A stretch of DNA of 64,000 nt from an uncultured Hormoscilla sp. (GCA_963921275.4 OZ001293.3:6656001-6720000), one strand, 5' to 3'. Numbered from the stretch's first letter, positions 49,692-61,436 are shown. Translations and numbers: made by a program. Notes: a model not told the origin generated them from the sequence alone.

Positions 49692-50486
49692 TTATAACAA
49701 ATTGAGGAACTTTTCCAGGGCATCCACCATTAAAGGAGGCCAGCGTCGAACATTGCGCACCCAATCTAAATCTTGATAGCGCCCATCTAGGCCCACAACT
49801 GCCACCCAGTTACTTTCAGCTTCACCTACTTTACCTTCTGCCCAAAGTACGGCTGTTAAGGCGGCCCGCATATCGGCAAATTGCGGATATTTTCTCACTA
49901 AGTTCCGCATGGTGCGCGTCGCCTCTTTCTGCTTCCCCGCTTGATACAATGCTAGGGCGTAATTTGTCCGGGCAAAGGCATAATCAGGATCTAACTCAAA
50001 GGCTTTTTGTAAATCGGCGATCGCCCCTTGCCAATCACCCAATCCGCTTTTCGCATTACCTCGGTTATTATATGCCTCAGCATCGTCCAGTTCCAGCACC
50101 CGCTCGTAATCCGCGATCGCCTTTTGCCACATACCCAAGGCTTCCCAAGCGATACCACGATTCAGATAAGGGTCCGTAACATTGGGTGCTAATTCCACAG
50201 CCTTGTTATAATCAGCCAAAGCCTCATCTAACTTATTCTGGCTCAGGCGGATATTCCCACGGTTACTCAAAATAGCTGGGTTATCTGGAGCTATTTCCAG
50301 CATCTGGGTCAAATATAGCTCCGCCTGGGCAAAATCGGACTCGGCGATCGCCCCAAAAGCTTTTTGATTTAAGGCATACAGTTGGGTAAATTGGGATTGA
50401 GAGATGCTAGACTGGGCCAATGTAACTGGCCAGGCCAATCCCATGACCAGGAAAATCGTGAAAATTGTCAGAAAGAAACGTTTCAT
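49692..50486 (-). CDS. Exported TPR-repeat protein
   Basis: Signal peptide, TPRs, C-terminal RRWPP; 4-nt overlap with ruvB. Confidence 0.88.
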   Translation of the reverse strand: MKRFFLTIFTIFLVMGLAWPVTLAQSSISQSQFTQLYALNQKAFGAIAESDFAQAELYLTQMLEIAPDNPAILSNRGNIRLSQNKLDEALADYNKAVELAPNVTDPYLNRGIAWEALGMWQKAIADYERVLELDDAEAYNNRGNAKSGLGDWQGAIADLQKAFELDPDYAFARTNYALALYQAGKQKEATRTMRNLVRKYPQFADMRAALTAVLWAEGKVGEAESNWVAVVGLDGRYQDLDWVRNVRRWPPLMVDALEKFLNLL

Positions 50487-51601
50487 TGCGAATAATTAAT
50501 GGTGAATAACGGTAATCTATTTGGATTATCGTAACCCAAATGTTTCCAAGCAGCCGGAGTTGCCACACGTCCTCGGTGAGTCCGCTGCAAGAAGCCAATC
50601 TGCAACAGATAAGGTTCGTAAACCTCTTCAATATTATGGGCATCTTCTCTAATTGCCGCCGATAAAGTTTCTAAACCGACGGGTCCGCCATGAAAATTTT
50701 CAATCATCGCAGTCAGAATCAGTCGGTCTGTCCAGTCGAGACCGCAAGAGTCAACATTGTACATTTCTAAAGCCTCAGCAGCAAGTTCTTGAGTAATTGG
50801 TAAACTAGCTTTAACCTGGACATAATCTCGCACTCGTCTCAAGAGGCGGTTAGCAATGCGGGGAGTACCCCGGGCGCGACGGGCAATTTCAGTAGCCCCC
50901 TCGGGGGTAATCCCAGCCTGTAAAATATTAGCAGTTCTCAGCACGATCTGAGTCAGTTCATCCAGATCGTAGAAGCGCAGTCGGTGCAGCAAACCGAAGC
51001 GATCGCGCAAAGGAGAAGTCAGGGTCCCCACGCGAGTCGTCGCCCCCACGAGAGTAAAAGGTTTCAGGGGAATGGTGCGAGTAGAGGCAGATTTCCCCTT
51101 ACCAATAGTAATTTGTAAGTGAAAATCCTCCATGGCCGGGTAAAGCAGTTCCTCAGTTACTCGGGACAGGCGATGAATTTCATCCACAAACAGCACGTCA
51201 CCAGATTGCAAACTCACCAGCAAACCCACAATATCGCGGGGTCGTTCCAAAGCGGGTGCCGCAGTAATTTTGCAATTCACACCCATTTCCGAAGCGATAA
51301 TCAAAGACATGGTAGTTTTGCCCAAACCCGGCGGACCGTAAAGCAGCAGGTGATCCAGACTTTCATTTCTCGCTTTAGCTGCTTGCATAGCAATATTCAG
51401 AATATCCTTCAGTTCAGTTTGCCCAATATAGTCAGCCAGTCGATGGGGGCGCAGTTTTTCTTCCTGCTTTTCCGTCTCCTCCACCTGGGCTTCCGGCTGT
51501 AAGAGCTGTGATTCGTCATTGCCTGGCGGTTTCTTTTTATCCGTCTTCCCCTTGCGCTCTTTCGGTTTGCCAGACTGTTGGTAAGAAGATTGGATTGCCA
51601 T
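50483..51601 (-). CDS. ruvB: Holliday junction branch-migration helicase
   Basis: [20 protein letters not shown] and [16 protein letters not shown] motifs. Confidence 0.97.
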   Translation of the reverse strand: MAIQSSYQQSGKPKERKGKTDKKKPPGNDESQLLQPEAQVEETEKQEEKLRPHRLADYIGQTELKDILNIAMQAAKARNESLDHLLLYGPPGLGKTTMSLIIASEMGVNCKITAAPALERPRDIVGLLVSLQSGDVLFVDEIHRLSRVTEELLYPAMEDFHLQITIGKGKSASTRTIPLKPFTLVGATTRVGTLTSPLRDRFGLLHRLRFYDLDELTQIVLRTANILQAGITPEGATEIARRARGTPRIANRLLRRVRDYVQVKASLPITQELAAEALEMYNVDSCGLDWTDRLILTAMIENFHGGPVGLETLSAAIREDAHNIEEVYEPYLLQIGFLQRTHRGRVATPAAWKHLGYDNPNRLPLFTINYSQ

Positions 51602-51640
51602 GATTACAATAGGAATATACCAGATATAGCTTAAACTACA

Positions 51641-52240
51641 ATGTCTGATTCTACTTTGACCATCCCTGACAACCTGACCTTTCAGGACGCGATCGCCCTC
51701 ACCCAGTCTTTGCTCGCCCAGCTAGAACAGGGTAAATTATCTGAACCAGAGATCCAAGAAGCGATCGCCTCTCTGGTCAGCACCTTACCTGGCGCTCGGG
51801 GATTTTTCGTAACTTATTTAACAGACGAGCGACCTTTTGCAGATAATCAGACTCCTGCGGTCATTGATGCCTTACGTCATAATACGGAAACAATAGCAGA
51901 TATAATAGTAAAAAATATCGCCATGTCAACGGCAATGGCCATTACTCATCAACGGAATCAAGACGAGGAGATGGCCACCAGTTCCCAAAGAGTGCGATCG
52001 CGCAGTGCCAAGATAATTAAACTATTACAGCTGCCTGAGGTGCAAGAGCGATCGCAGCAGTTATATGCCAGCGCCACCACAGGCAATGGCAGTTACCAGG
52101 AATTTTTGTCACGCTGGGGTTACGATCCAGAACAACGACAGGCGATCGCTCTGGCATTAGAACCTCTAACCCAACAAGGAAACAAACCGGCGTTGCACAT
52201 TCTTGGGATGATGGTTGATAATTTTCGCGATGAAAGCTAA
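51641..52240 (+). CDS. Conserved cyanobacterial hypothetical protein
   Basis: [11 protein letters not shown]...FLSRWGYD; clean ORF. Confidence 0.75.
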   Translation: MSDSTLTIPDNLTFQDAIALTQSLLAQLEQGKLSEPEIQEAIASLVSTLPGARGFFVTYLTDERPFADNQTPAVIDALRHNTETIADIIVKNIAMSTAMAITHQRNQDEEMATSSQRVRSRSAKIIKLLQLPEVQERSQQLYASATTGNGSYQEFLSRWGYDPEQRQAIALALEPLTQQGNKPALHILGMMVDNFRDES

Positions 52241-52424
52241 TTGCTAATTGCTAATTGATATAAAAAGTCATTAATAGGCATATATGACTAGTGGATTATC
52301 TCTTATCAACAACTCCTATCATCCCGTAATTGTGCAACGCCGGAAACAAACCTATAGAGAATCCATCTGAGAATATAGAAGATACCTTAAACAGGGTGCG
52401 TTAGACAAGTAAGAGAATAAACCT

Positions 52425-52850
52425 ATGCTGAAGATACGTCCTGGGATAATTTTAACCACAGTAGCGGCAATGATGTTCAGTACTGCCGCCCGGGGGAACC
52501 CAAAAGTCGTGGAAATCGTGCCCACTTTTGAACCAGATCCACTAGAACTGACTAGGGGGACATCTATAGGATCGAGCAGTAATAACTGTGCTAACCTTGC
52601 TTCAGAGCCTAATATCGTCGTCCAGCTCACGCAAGACATTAGTTCAATGCGTTTTATTCTCGAAAGTGCAGTCGGTCAACCAATCCTCAAGATTGACGGC
52701 CCCAATAGCATCCCCTGCCTGATGGCGGACAGCTTCTCTGGGGGTAAGATAGAAGTGCCGGGATATTGGCCCCAGGGGACATACTCTATTTATATAGGCG
52801 ATCGGGCGTCCGGCCCTCAAGACTATACCCTGTCCATCTCTTCCCAATAA
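52425..52850 (+). CDS. Exported hypothetical protein
   Basis: Signal peptide; GYWPQGTYSIYIGD. Confidence 0.7.
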   Translation: MLKIRPGIILTTVAAMMFSTAARGNPKVVEIVPTFEPDPLELTRGTSIGSSSNNCANLASEPNIVVQLTQDISSMRFILESAVGQPILKIDGPNSIPCLMADSFSGGKIEVPGYWPQGTYSIYIGDRASGPQDYTLSISSQ

Positions 52851-52879
52851 AATGAAGTCAGCAAGGAGTAAGTGTCAGG

Positions 52880-53035
52880 ATGAACAGAGAATTTAACGTC
52901 ATCATCGAGAAGGATTCTCAGGGCTACTTAGTTGCTTCTGTGCCAAGTCTTCCTGGATGTCATACACAAGCAAAGTCTTTAGATCAACTTATGGGACAGG
53001 GAGACGCCCGGACTACGAATCCTCCAGCTGTTTGA
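52880..53035 (+). pseudogene. Truncated HicB-like antitoxin
   Basis: MNREFNVIIEKDSQGYLVASVPSLPGCHTQAKSLDQL, then runs off into the next gene. Confidence 0.75.
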
Positions 53036-53396
53036 CTGAGACATCAACAGCATCCACATCTATTGTGCCGCTAGGGGTCAGGCGACTAAAACTACCTTTT
53101 TCCACCAGGAGAGGTTCCCCACAGTTAGGGCACTGGCACTGAGTCCGATTCAAAGCCATGAATTCATGGCCGCATACAGGGCACCCATCCGATATCAGGT
53201 TGCGTTTCAGCCACCAGCGGGCCCCCAGAAACAAAATCACTGGGGAAATGGAAACCAAGGCGATTAAAATCAAGAATGAGTTGACCAACCAGCCCAGACC
53301 AACGGCACTGAGTAACCAAAACACCCCAAAGACAGCAAGCCAAAAGCCAAGGCTAGAAAGATTGAATTGGATATTCTTGAAGCCGTCTCGGTTCAC
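53013..53396 (-). CDS. Membrane protein with a C-terminal zinc ribbon
   Basis: Two TM segments; CPVC...CPNC. Confidence 0.8.
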   Translation of the reverse strand: MNRDGFKNIQFNLSSLGFWLAVFGVFWLLSAVGLGWLVNSFLILIALVSISPVILFLGARWWLKRNLISDGCPVCGHEFMALNRTQCQCPNCGEPLLVEKGSFSRLTPSGTIDVDAVDVSVKQLEDS

Positions 53397-53471
53397 GATC
53401 TTCTCCTTTGGGGTACATGCATCTTCAATTATTTCTATCCTAGCTAGATTCGTCGGGATCGAGCAGTTCTG

Positions 53472-54057
53472 CTAATCGCTTGGTGAAGGCCCCTTTCCCA
53501 AAGGCCCCGATCGCCTCTTGTCGCAACTACTCCCCATCGCAGCGAATATCCCCTCCTTTAAGGATTTGGATACAAGCCGCCGCCATCGCTTCCGGGTCCC
53601 GGTGAGGCACCTGCCAGCCCAGGCGTCCATCCTGCAAGGGGTCAGCCGAACCATCCCCATCACCGGCTAGCACCGGCACCCCGCAAGCCATTGCCTCCAA
53701 GTACAGGATCCCAAATCCTTCCTAGGATGGCATTATGTAGGCATCCGCTAAGCGGTAATGGTCTACCAACTCTTCTGTGGGCACAAAACCCGCAAATATT
53801 ACCCGATCGCCCACCCCCAAATCCTGGGCCAATTTTTCTAACCTAGGTCGATCATCCCCCCGTCCGATTACTAAATACTTGACTTCTCGAAAGACTTGTG
53901 CTACTTTTGGTAAAGCACGAATAGTGACATCCACCCCCTTGTAGATATCACCTGACCACAGCCGCGCCACAGTCATTAACACCTTAGATCCTGCCAGATT
54001 ATACTTTTCTACCAAAGCCTGGGATTTAGGACCAGAGGTAAATGCATCCCCATCCAC
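53472..54057 (-). pseudogene. Glycosyltransferase family 4 C-terminal fragment
   Basis: YKGVDVTIRAL...AYIMPS* followed by EGFGILYLEAMACG; N-terminus absent. Confidence 0.85.
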
Positions 54058-54200
54058 AAGCTCTCAGCAGATTCTGGTTGTAGGATTGAATGCCGCCTTC
54101 CGCTGCAAAAAGCTCTAAGAAGACAAAGACATACTTGCTCCTTGCACTGATAGTTTGCTCCAACTCTTTCCTAGCTCCCACAGAATACTAATATGGCATA

Positions 54201-55196
54201 TTATGTTGCCCGTTGTACCTCAGGCGCGATCGCCTCTGTTTGCAAGCGTTCCAAGTCATGGAACACCATTTTCTCCACCAACTGCTCAAAGCTGACTTGT
54301 GGTTGCCAACCCAGCTGGCGTTTAGCTTTAAGAGGGTCCGCCACCAGATGAAAATGTTCGTCCGCGCGCAGGAATTTCGGGTTAACCACCACATAGCGCT
54401 GCCAGTCCAGTCCCACACAATCAAAAGCTGTCGCTACCAATTCTCGCACAGTATGCAGTTTCCCAGTACCAATCACGTATTCTTCTGGAACATCGACTTG
54501 CAGCATCCGCCACATCGCTTCCACGTGATCCCCAGCATAGCCCCAGTCTCGTTTCGCATCCAGGCTGCCCATTTCCAGCACCTCGCTTAACCCCAGCTTA
54601 ATTGACGCCGCCGCCATTGACACCTTGCGAGTCACGAAGCTAGGAGGTCTCCTGGGGGATTCATGATTGTACAAAATGCCGCTACAAGCAAACAAACCAT
54701 AGTGCTGTCGGTGATGCACCATCGTCCAGTGGGCGTGTAACTTCGCTGCTGCATAGGGGTTCTTTGGGCGAAAGGGGGTATTCTCGTCCTGGGGCGATCG
54801 GTCCACTTGGCCAAACATCTCCGAACTGCTAGCTTGATAGAAGCGGGCATCCAGACCCACCTCCCGCACCGCTGCCAATAGTCTGGTAGCGGTACCCGTG
54901 ACTAAGTCTAGCGTTCCCAAGGGGTCATTCCACGAGTCCGGCACGAAACTGGGCGCGGCCAGATTGTAAATTTCATCAGGATGTCGCTGTTCGACCACCT
55001 CTTTTAGGGCCTCACTGTCAGTCAAGTCTACCGCATAAATCTCTACCTGGTTCGCTAGGGCACCTAGCTTTACCACGCTACTTTGTCGTTCCGGTAGCAT
55101 TAACCCCAGTACCCGGTAGCCTTTCGACAACAGCAATTCGCTCAGATAATAGCCATCTTGACCTGTTATTCCCGCGATCAGCGCTGTTTTCGTCAT
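54201..55196 (-). CDS. gmd: GDP-mannose 4,6-dehydratase
   Basis: GITGQDGYYL, QASSSEMFG, PYAAAK, NHESPRR and RDWGYA motifs. Confidence 0.9.
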   Translation of the reverse strand: MTKTALIAGITGQDGYYLSELLLSKGYRVLGLMLPERQSSVVKLGALANQVEIYAVDLTDSEALKEVVEQRHPDEIYNLAAPSFVPDSWNDPLGTLDLVTGTATRLLAAVREVGLDARFYQASSSEMFGQVDRSPQDENTPFRPKNPYAAAKLHAHWTMVHHRQHYGLFACSGILYNHESPRRPPSFVTRKVSMAAASIKLGLSEVLEMGSLDAKRDWGYAGDHVEAMWRMLQVDVPEEYVIGTGKLHTVRELVATAFDCVGLDWQRYVVVNPKFLRADEHFHLVADPLKAKRQLGWQPQVSFEQLVEKMVFHDLERLQTEAIAPEVQRAT

Positions 55197-55254
55197 TCTT
55201 TATCTCCCCATCTCCTACCGCTATAGCTACTTCCACTTTGCCTTTGATTCCTGC

Positions 55255-55654
55255 ATTCGTGATAACGGCATTGGCATAGCACTAGATATCTGCGATCCCA
55301 TCTTCAATCCCTTATTTATCACTAAACCGACAGGAGAAGGCACGGGCTTGGGGTTATCCTTGACCCATGATATCATTGTCGGACAGCACCGAGGCAGTAT
55401 TAAAGTAGAAAGTCAACTGGCAATAGTCCGGACAGTTTTGGTGACGTGGCTGTAAGGCTTGCAGCGTCAGTCTTGGATCGATAGAGCAATTAAGAGCAAG
55501 TTAGCCCTGGGGCTGACATTGAAAAAAATGAGGCCAGTAGGCCGCAACCCTTACCCTGTGGTCGTTATGGGGTCTAAAAACTGTCCGGAGTATTGAACTG
55601 GGAGAAATGACAGAATTTATTCTCACTTTACCTACCAATGGGGCTTATATTTAA
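55255..55654 (+). pseudogene. Histidine kinase HATPase C-terminal remnant interrupted by a MITE
   Basis: IRDNGIG...TKPTGEGTGLGLSL...KVESQL|GEMTEFILTLP. Confidence 0.85.
55421..55595. mobile_element. 175-bp MITE with a 6-bp TSD
   Basis: 19-bp TIRs CAATA(G/C)TCCGGACAGTTTT (18/19 match); AACTGG duplicated at 55415-55420 and 55596-55601. Confidence 0.92.
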
Positions 55655-55687
55655 GAACGAGAATCTAAATGCAGTAGGAAAAAGGCT

Positions 55688-57433
55688 ATGAAACCAGCAA
55701 AAATCCTCGTCGTGGATGACGCGATAGAGTTAGAACGTTTAATCAAACAGCGATTCCGAAAAAATATCAAAGCTAAAGAGTTCGAGTTGTTATTTGTTCA
55801 TACTGGGGTAGAGGCACTGCGAAAATTGGAAACGGAACGGCAGATCGATATGATCTTGACTGATATCAACATGCCAGAAATGGATGGTCTCACCTTATTA
55901 GAAAAAGTCCTCAAAATCGATCCGAATATCAAGACGGTGGTGGTGTCAGGTTATGGGGAGCTCCAAAATATTAGGACAGCGATGAACTTTGGTGCTTTTG
56001 ACTTCCTGCTCAAGCCGATCGACTTTCAGGATTTAGAAATTACGATCAAAAAAACCCTGAAGTTGGTGCAGCACATGAAGGCACAACAGCAGCAGCTGCA
56101 ACAGGCTATGGAACAACTACAATACCAGGCCGCTTACGATAGATTAACAGATATGCCCAATCGTTATTTGATGCTACAAGAGATTCGCCAATGTATCGAA
56201 GACTCACAGCAGGGTTGTCTATTCGCTGTTTTATTTCTGGAGCTAGACCGCTACACAAGGGTTAAATACAGCTTTGGTCACGAACAAGCCGATCGCTTAT
56301 TGGTGGAGGTGGCTAGTCGGTTAAAGACCTGTGTGGGGCCCAAAGATATCATAGCTCATGTAGGAGAAAATGAATTCGCCATCTTGCTGAAGGATATCCA
56401 AGAACAGCAGGCTGTCCAAAAAGCTTCCGATATCCATATGGCCCTGGAATTGCCTTTTAACTTCAACGGGACTGTGATGTCATCGACTACCAGTATTGGA
56501 ATTGTTTTCAGCAATATCGGTTATCACCAACCGGAAGAATTTCTGCGGGCCGCTGACACGGCCATGCATTATGCGAAGATGCAGTCGTATGCTAGCACAG
56601 TTCTATTCGATCTAAGTATGCAGACAAAGGCGATCGATCGTTTACATTTGGAAGCGGACCTGCAACGGGCCATTAAATTGCAACAGTTACATCTCAATTA
56701 TCAGCCCATTGTCTCGCTGAAAACTGACGAGATTGTGGGTTTTGAAGCCCTGGTGAGGTGGGATCATCCCACCAGGGGACTGGTTTCCCCGACTGAGTTT
56801 ATTCCCTTGGCAGAAGAAACGGGACTGATTATTCCTCTGGGTGAATGGGTATTGTCAGAAGCTTGCCGACAGTTGAGTATCTGGCGCGATCGCTTGCCCG
56901 ACCATTTCCGTGTCAGTGTCAATCTCTCTGGCATGCAGCTATGGCATCCCCTGTTATTACAGTTCCTTGACGAGTTGCTGTGGACGCTCTCTGTGAGTGG
57001 GTCCTATTTGAAGCTAGAGATTACGGAAAGCATTCTGATGCAAAATAGTTCGGCTGCGATCGCCTTGCTGGAGCAATTTAAACAAAGACAGATACAGTTG
57101 TCTATGGATGACTTTGGCACTGGCTATTCTTCTTTTTCCTATCTGCAACGTCTGCCGATCGATACTCTGAAGCTTGACCGTTTGTTTGTTGACAATATTG
57201 AGGGGCATGGCAAAGACTTGGATATAGCCAAAACTATTATTACCCTAGCTCACTCTCTGGGATTGGATGTAATTGCCGAAGGGATAGAGACACCACAGCA
57301 GCGAGATATCCTGCGATCACTCGACTGCGAATACGGACAGGGATACCTTTTCTCTCGACCACTCGACGGCCAAGAGGTAATCGAATTCATGGCTACCATC
57401 AATCCCCAATATAATGACGCCTGCTTATGTTGA
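55688..57433 (+). CDS. REC-GGDEF(degenerate)-EAL c-di-GMP phosphodiesterase
   Basis: REC TDINMP; GENEF in place of GGDEF; FEALVRW, DDFGTGYSS and AEGIE intact. Confidence 0.92.
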   Translation: MKPAKILVVDDAIELERLIKQRFRKNIKAKEFELLFVHTGVEALRKLETERQIDMILTDINMPEMDGLTLLEKVLKIDPNIKTVVVSGYGELQNIRTAMNFGAFDFLLKPIDFQDLEITIKKTLKLVQHMKAQQQQLQQAMEQLQYQAAYDRLTDMPNRYLMLQEIRQCIEDSQQGCLFAVLFLELDRYTRVKYSFGHEQADRLLVEVASRLKTCVGPKDIIAHVGENEFAILLKDIQEQQAVQKASDIHMALELPFNFNGTVMSSTTSIGIVFSNIGYHQPEEFLRAADTAMHYAKMQSYASTVLFDLSMQTKAIDRLHLEADLQRAIKLQQLHLNYQPIVSLKTDEIVGFEALVRWDHPTRGLVSPTEFIPLAEETGLIIPLGEWVLSEACRQLSIWRDRLPDHFRVSVNLSGMQLWHPLLLQFLDELLWTLSVSGSYLKLEITESILMQNSSAAIALLEQFKQRQIQLSMDDFGTGYSSFSYLQRLPIDTLKLDRLFVDNIEGHGKDLDIAKTIITLAHSLGLDVIAEGIETPQQRDILRSLDCEYGQGYLFSRPLDGQEVIEFMATINPQYNDACLC

Positions 57434-57479
57434 GCAGACCTACATCCGCACCAAACAGCAGGCGTCAAGTCAGTTTTTT

Positions 57480-57962
57480 TTAGAACAGACCGAGAGTAAA
57501 GGATTCATCAATCGGGAAAGTAGCGCCAATACCCAACCAGAAGGTAACGAGGGTGCCAATCAAAAACACAGTCGTTGCCACTGGACGCCGGAAGGGATTT
57601 TGGAACTTGTTGACGTTCTCGATAAACGGAACCAGGATCAGACCCAGAGGTACTGAAGTCATCATCAAGACTCCCAGGAGTTTATTGGGAACAGTCCGCA
57701 GAATTTGGAACACTGGATAGAAGTACCACTCTGGCAGAATTTCCAGAGGCGTCGCAAAGGGGTCTGCTGGTTCGCCGATCATTGCCGGATCTAACACTGC
57801 CAGGGCCACGATACAGGTGAGGGTTCCCAGCATCACCATCGGGAAGACGTACAACAGGTCATTCGGCCAAGCGGGTTCACCGTAGTAGTTATGACCCATG
57901 CCTTGTGCCAATTTGGCCCGTAGCTTCGGATCGCTCAGATCTGGCTTTTTTTCTGTTGCCAT
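57480..57962 (-). CDS. petD: Cytochrome b6f subunit IV
   Basis: [16 protein letters not shown] and PEWY motifs. Confidence 0.98.
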   Translation of the reverse strand: MATEKKPDLSDPKLRAKLAQGMGHNYYGEPAWPNDLLYVFPMVMLGTLTCIVALAVLDPAMIGEPADPFATPLEILPEWYFYPVFQILRTVPNKLLGVLMMTSVPLGLILVPFIENVNKFQNPFRRPVATTVFLIGTLVTFWLGIGATFPIDESFTLGLF

Positions 57963-58028
57963 AGTTTTTGTTCTCCTTTTCTATTGTTGGCGAGTTTTCA
58001 CCTCACCACTCACCAGTCACTAAGATGA

Positions 58029-58697
58029 TTACAAAGGACCAGAGATGCCCTGCTTGCGAATCATTAAGAAGTGCAACAGCATGAAGACAGCGATCATCCA
58101 GGGCAGAACGAAGGTGTGGAGACTGTAGAAACGGGTCAGGGTCCCTTGACCGACGGCGGTACCACCGCGCATCAGTTCCACGATCATCGATCCAACTACC
58201 GGAATCGCTTCTGGCACGCCGCTGACAATCTTCACAGCCCAGTATCCCACCTGATCCCAAGGCAGAGAGTAGCCTGTTACACCAAAGGAAACGGTGATCA
58301 CGGCTAGGACTACCCCCGTTACCCAGGTCAGTTCCCGGGGCTTTTTGAAACCACCGGTGAGGTACACCCGAAAGATATGCAGGATCATCATCAGCACCAT
58401 CATGCTGGCAGACCAACGGTGGACGGAACGGATCAGCCAGCCGAAGCTCACCTCATTCATCAGGTATTGCACTGAGGTGAAGGCTTCGGCCACCGTTGGC
58501 TTGTAATAGAAGGTCATGGCGAATCCAGTGGCAAACTGGATTAAGAAGCACATCAAGGTTATCCCCCCCAGGCAGTAGAAGATGTTGACGTGGGGAGGGA
58601 CATACTTGCTGCTGATATCTTCGGAGATCGCCTCTATTTCTAGGCGTTCTTGAAACCAGTTGTATATTTTCGATTCTGTTACCTGCTTGGTAAACAT
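58029..58697 (-). CDS. petB: Cytochrome b6
   Basis: [21 protein letters not shown] and RKQGISGPL motifs. Confidence 0.98.
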   Translation of the reverse strand: MFTKQVTESKIYNWFQERLEIEAISEDISSKYVPPHVNIFYCLGGITLMCFLIQFATGFAMTFYYKPTVAEAFTSVQYLMNEVSFGWLIRSVHRWSASMMVLMMILHIFRVYLTGGFKKPRELTWVTGVVLAVITVSFGVTGYSLPWDQVGYWAVKIVSGVPEAIPVVGSMIVELMRGGTAVGQGTLTRFYSLHTFVLPWMIAVFMLLHFLMIRKQGISGPL

Positions 58698-58769
58698 GAA
58701 GCCAAGGTCCTAAATATTTATCACAGCACTTTTCAAACTGTAACATAGACGAAAGCTTAAGGGGATATT

Positions 58770-60014
58770 ATGTATAAGCGACTTGTCTGGATGGGATTTT
58801 TACTGGCACTGCCACTGACGATCGCCCTGGCCTGGGGTCCGCCTGCTGCTGAGGCTCTCACGAATAACCAGAAGCTGTTCAATGAAGTCTGGCGCATTGT
58901 CAATCGCGCCTATCTGGATGACAGCTTCAATCATCAGAACTGGTGGAAAGTCCGTCAGCGGGCTTTGAAGCAGCCTCTGGCCACAAAAGAGCAGACTTAC
59001 TCAGCCATCGACCAAATGCTCGATAGCTTAGGCGATCCTTATACTCGATTCTTGCCACGTAATGAGTATAAAAGCTTACAGGTTAGCACTTCTGGAGAGC
59101 TGACAGGGGTGGGGTTACAGATAGCTATAGATGGGGAAACGGGGGTGTTAACGGCGATCGCCCCGATCGCGGGTTCGCCAGCATCCGCAGCGGGGTTGCA
59201 ACCACTCGATCGGATCCTGAAGATTGATGGGGTGTTAACCTCGTCCATGATCTTAGAAGAGGCGGCTAACCGGATGCGGGGACCAGCGGGTACTCTGGTG
59301 ACACTGACAGTAGAACGTGAGGGCGAGGCAATATTCGATGTTAAACTGGTGCGCGATCGGATTACTCTGAACCCCGTGACTGCCGAATTGCAGGTAGTAG
59401 AAACCCAGGGAAACAGCTTGAATATCGGGTATATTCGCCTATCCCAATTCAACGCCAATGCCACCCAAGAGGTATCCGATGCGATCGATCGCTTGGAGGA
59501 AGAGGGTGCTGCGGCTTACATTTTAGACTTGCGGAATAACCCCGGTGGTTTGTTGACCGCAGGGATTGAGATTGCTCGTCTCTGGCTGGATGATGGTACG
59601 ATCGTCTATGCAGTGAATCGCCAAGGAATGTTGGATAGCTTTGATGCCGCGGGTTCGGCATTGACTGACGATCCCCTGGTGGTGTTGGTGAATCAAGGCA
59701 CTGCTAGTGCTAGTGAAATACTCGCTGGTGCTTTACATGATAACGATCGGGCTTTACTGGTGGGAGAGAAAACCTTTGGCAAAGGTTTGATCCAGTCTGT
59801 GTTTGACTTGTCAGATGGTTCTGGTTTAGTAGTGACTATTGCCAAGTATGAGACTCCCAATCACACTGATATTAACAAATTGGGAATCCAGCCAGATAAA
59901 ATAGTGCCTCTGAACCAAATTACTCTGGACCAACTGGGGATGGAAGCTGACCAGCAATATCAGGCGGCTGTGGAATTGTTGACCTCCGATATGATGTTGG
60001 CGGATGCAGCATAG
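58770..60014 (+). CDS. ctpA: C-terminal processing protease (S41)
   Basis: PDZ domain; DLRNNPGG, TASASEI and TFGKG motifs; divergent from petB. Confidence 0.9.
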   Translation: MYKRLVWMGFLLALPLTIALAWGPPAAEALTNNQKLFNEVWRIVNRAYLDDSFNHQNWWKVRQRALKQPLATKEQTYSAIDQMLDSLGDPYTRFLPRNEYKSLQVSTSGELTGVGLQIAIDGETGVLTAIAPIAGSPASAAGLQPLDRILKIDGVLTSSMILEEAANRMRGPAGTLVTLTVEREGEAIFDVKLVRDRITLNPVTAELQVVETQGNSLNIGYIRLSQFNANATQEVSDAIDRLEEEGAAAYILDLRNNPGGLLTAGIEIARLWLDDGTIVYAVNRQGMLDSFDAAGSALTDDPLVVLVNQGTASASEILAGALHDNDRALLVGEKTFGKGLIQSVFDLSDGSGLVVTIAKYETPNHTDINKLGIQPDKIVPLNQITLDQLGMEADQQYQAAVELLTSDMMLADAA

Positions 60015-60148
60015 TGGACGAATTAAGAAACCCGGTTTTGAGATCGTACCGGGTTTCCACCATCGCCTCTTTTTGGATACAGAGCCAGTAATTGATCTCG
60101 TGGAGCTAAAACTATGATACCATAATACCGAAGTTTGTCTTAACCAAA

Positions 60149-60518
60149 ATGTCAACTCATGCAGTCGGATCCCATATATCCCAAACTGTCACAATTTACA
60201 AAGCCCCTCAAAAGGGGAAAGCTCAAAAGTTACTGCAGGAAGGATTTACACCTGCTGATTTTCCTTATAATCTTCCTTATACTGATAGAAATTGCTACTT
60301 TGCCGGACCCAATGACATAAGTATTGCCGAGGAATTCAACCAAAGCTACAAAGATGGAATTCTTGAAGTTTCGATCGATAGAGAAAGTTACGATATATTT
60401 CAAGCCGCTTGAGTTTCGCTATGATGAAAAGAACGAGTGCGAACGAATTGAGGTGATTGTTACTCAAAACTTATTTACGATACTAAACCAATTTCCACGA
60501 GTTCTCAAGCCAAGGTAA
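60149..60518 (+). pseudogene. Small toxin-like (possibly ART-fold) protein, frameshifted near 60395
   Basis: TIYKAP...YFA...IAEEF...ILEVSI / IEVIV...LNQFPR across two frames. Confidence 0.5.
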
Positions 60519-60523
60519 ACAGC

Positions 60524-60841
60524 ATGGATAGTAACAGTTGGCAGCAAATTAAATCCAAGTACGAACTAGGTGGGTTCGTGCAGGGTAAGGTCGAGTAAAT
60601 AGCGCCTTTTGGCGTTTTTGTCGATATTGGCGAATCTTTAGTCAAGGGGCTGATTAAAATTCCTGACTTTTTAGATTCGGGAGAGATGAGTGAAGAAATG
60701 TATCCTGAAATTGGCACAACTATAGGGGCTGTCGTGGTTGGATACAACGAGAGTAATTGCCGCGAGATATATTTGAACGCCAAGCCCAGCGTTCTACACA
60801 AAGCTCTCGTTCCCCTGAAAATTCCGACTTTGGTTGTCTAG
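60524..60841 (+). pseudogene. Stand-alone S1-domain protein with an in-frame TAA at codon 25
   Basis: MDSNSWQQIKSKYELGGFVQGKVE*IAPFGVFVDIGESLVKGLIKI...; absent from the ORF track. Confidence 0.75.
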
Positions 60842-61043
60842 GCTATCTACAGCTGATGGCGATCGCTCCCCAAAGGCGATCTCCACAGCCATTCCTAACA
60901 CAGAATCAGCAATACAATTGGCAAACTATGCGGATCCGTCCAGAGCCCTTGGGGCGGTTATGGTTCGTCGAGGGGCGAGGCGATCGCCCCAAAGAAAAAA
61001 ATGCTAGCATCAAGAAATACGCGCTCAGCTCACCATCACAGAA

Positions 61044-61436
61044 ATGAATATCCTCACAACTCCTAATCCGATAACCAGCGGGACAGTGACGATCTCCGTG
61101 ACTGAAATCATGGGCCACAATTTATGTATTGCAAGTGAAGATGGCCAAAAAGTATGCCAAGCGATCGCTGGGGCTTTGCGGTCTGGTAAGAAAGTCATTG
61201 TTTCCTTCAAAGATGGCGAAGATATTACCTCCGCTTTCTTGGCAGATGCGATCGGTCATCTGTACGCTTTATTTCCCGAAGATTTTCTCGAAGCCAACCT
61301 CAGGGCGATCGACATGGAGCCAGATGACGCGGCAGACCTATTAGATACGATTGAAGATGTCAAGGAATACCTGCAAGACCCAAAGGCATGGGAAGCAGCG
61401 GCGCGAGCCACCTTCGGAGATGACTACTATGAGTAA
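61044..61436 (+). CDS. STAS-like (DUF4325) protein, copy 1
   Basis: DGQKV...VIVSFKD..ITSAFLADAIGHLY. Confidence 0.8.
   Translation: MNILTTPNPITSGTVTISVTEIMGHNLCIASEDGQKVCQAIAGALRSGKKVIVSFKDGEDITSAFLADAIGHLYALFPEDFLEANLRAIDMEPDDAADLLDTIEDVKEYLQDPKAWEAAARATFGDDYYE

Noticed and set aside
60596..60598. Programmed readthrough at the TAA shared by both S1 copies
   Set aside because: TAA is not a usual recoded codon and copy 2 is also frameshifted; inheritance through duplication is simpler
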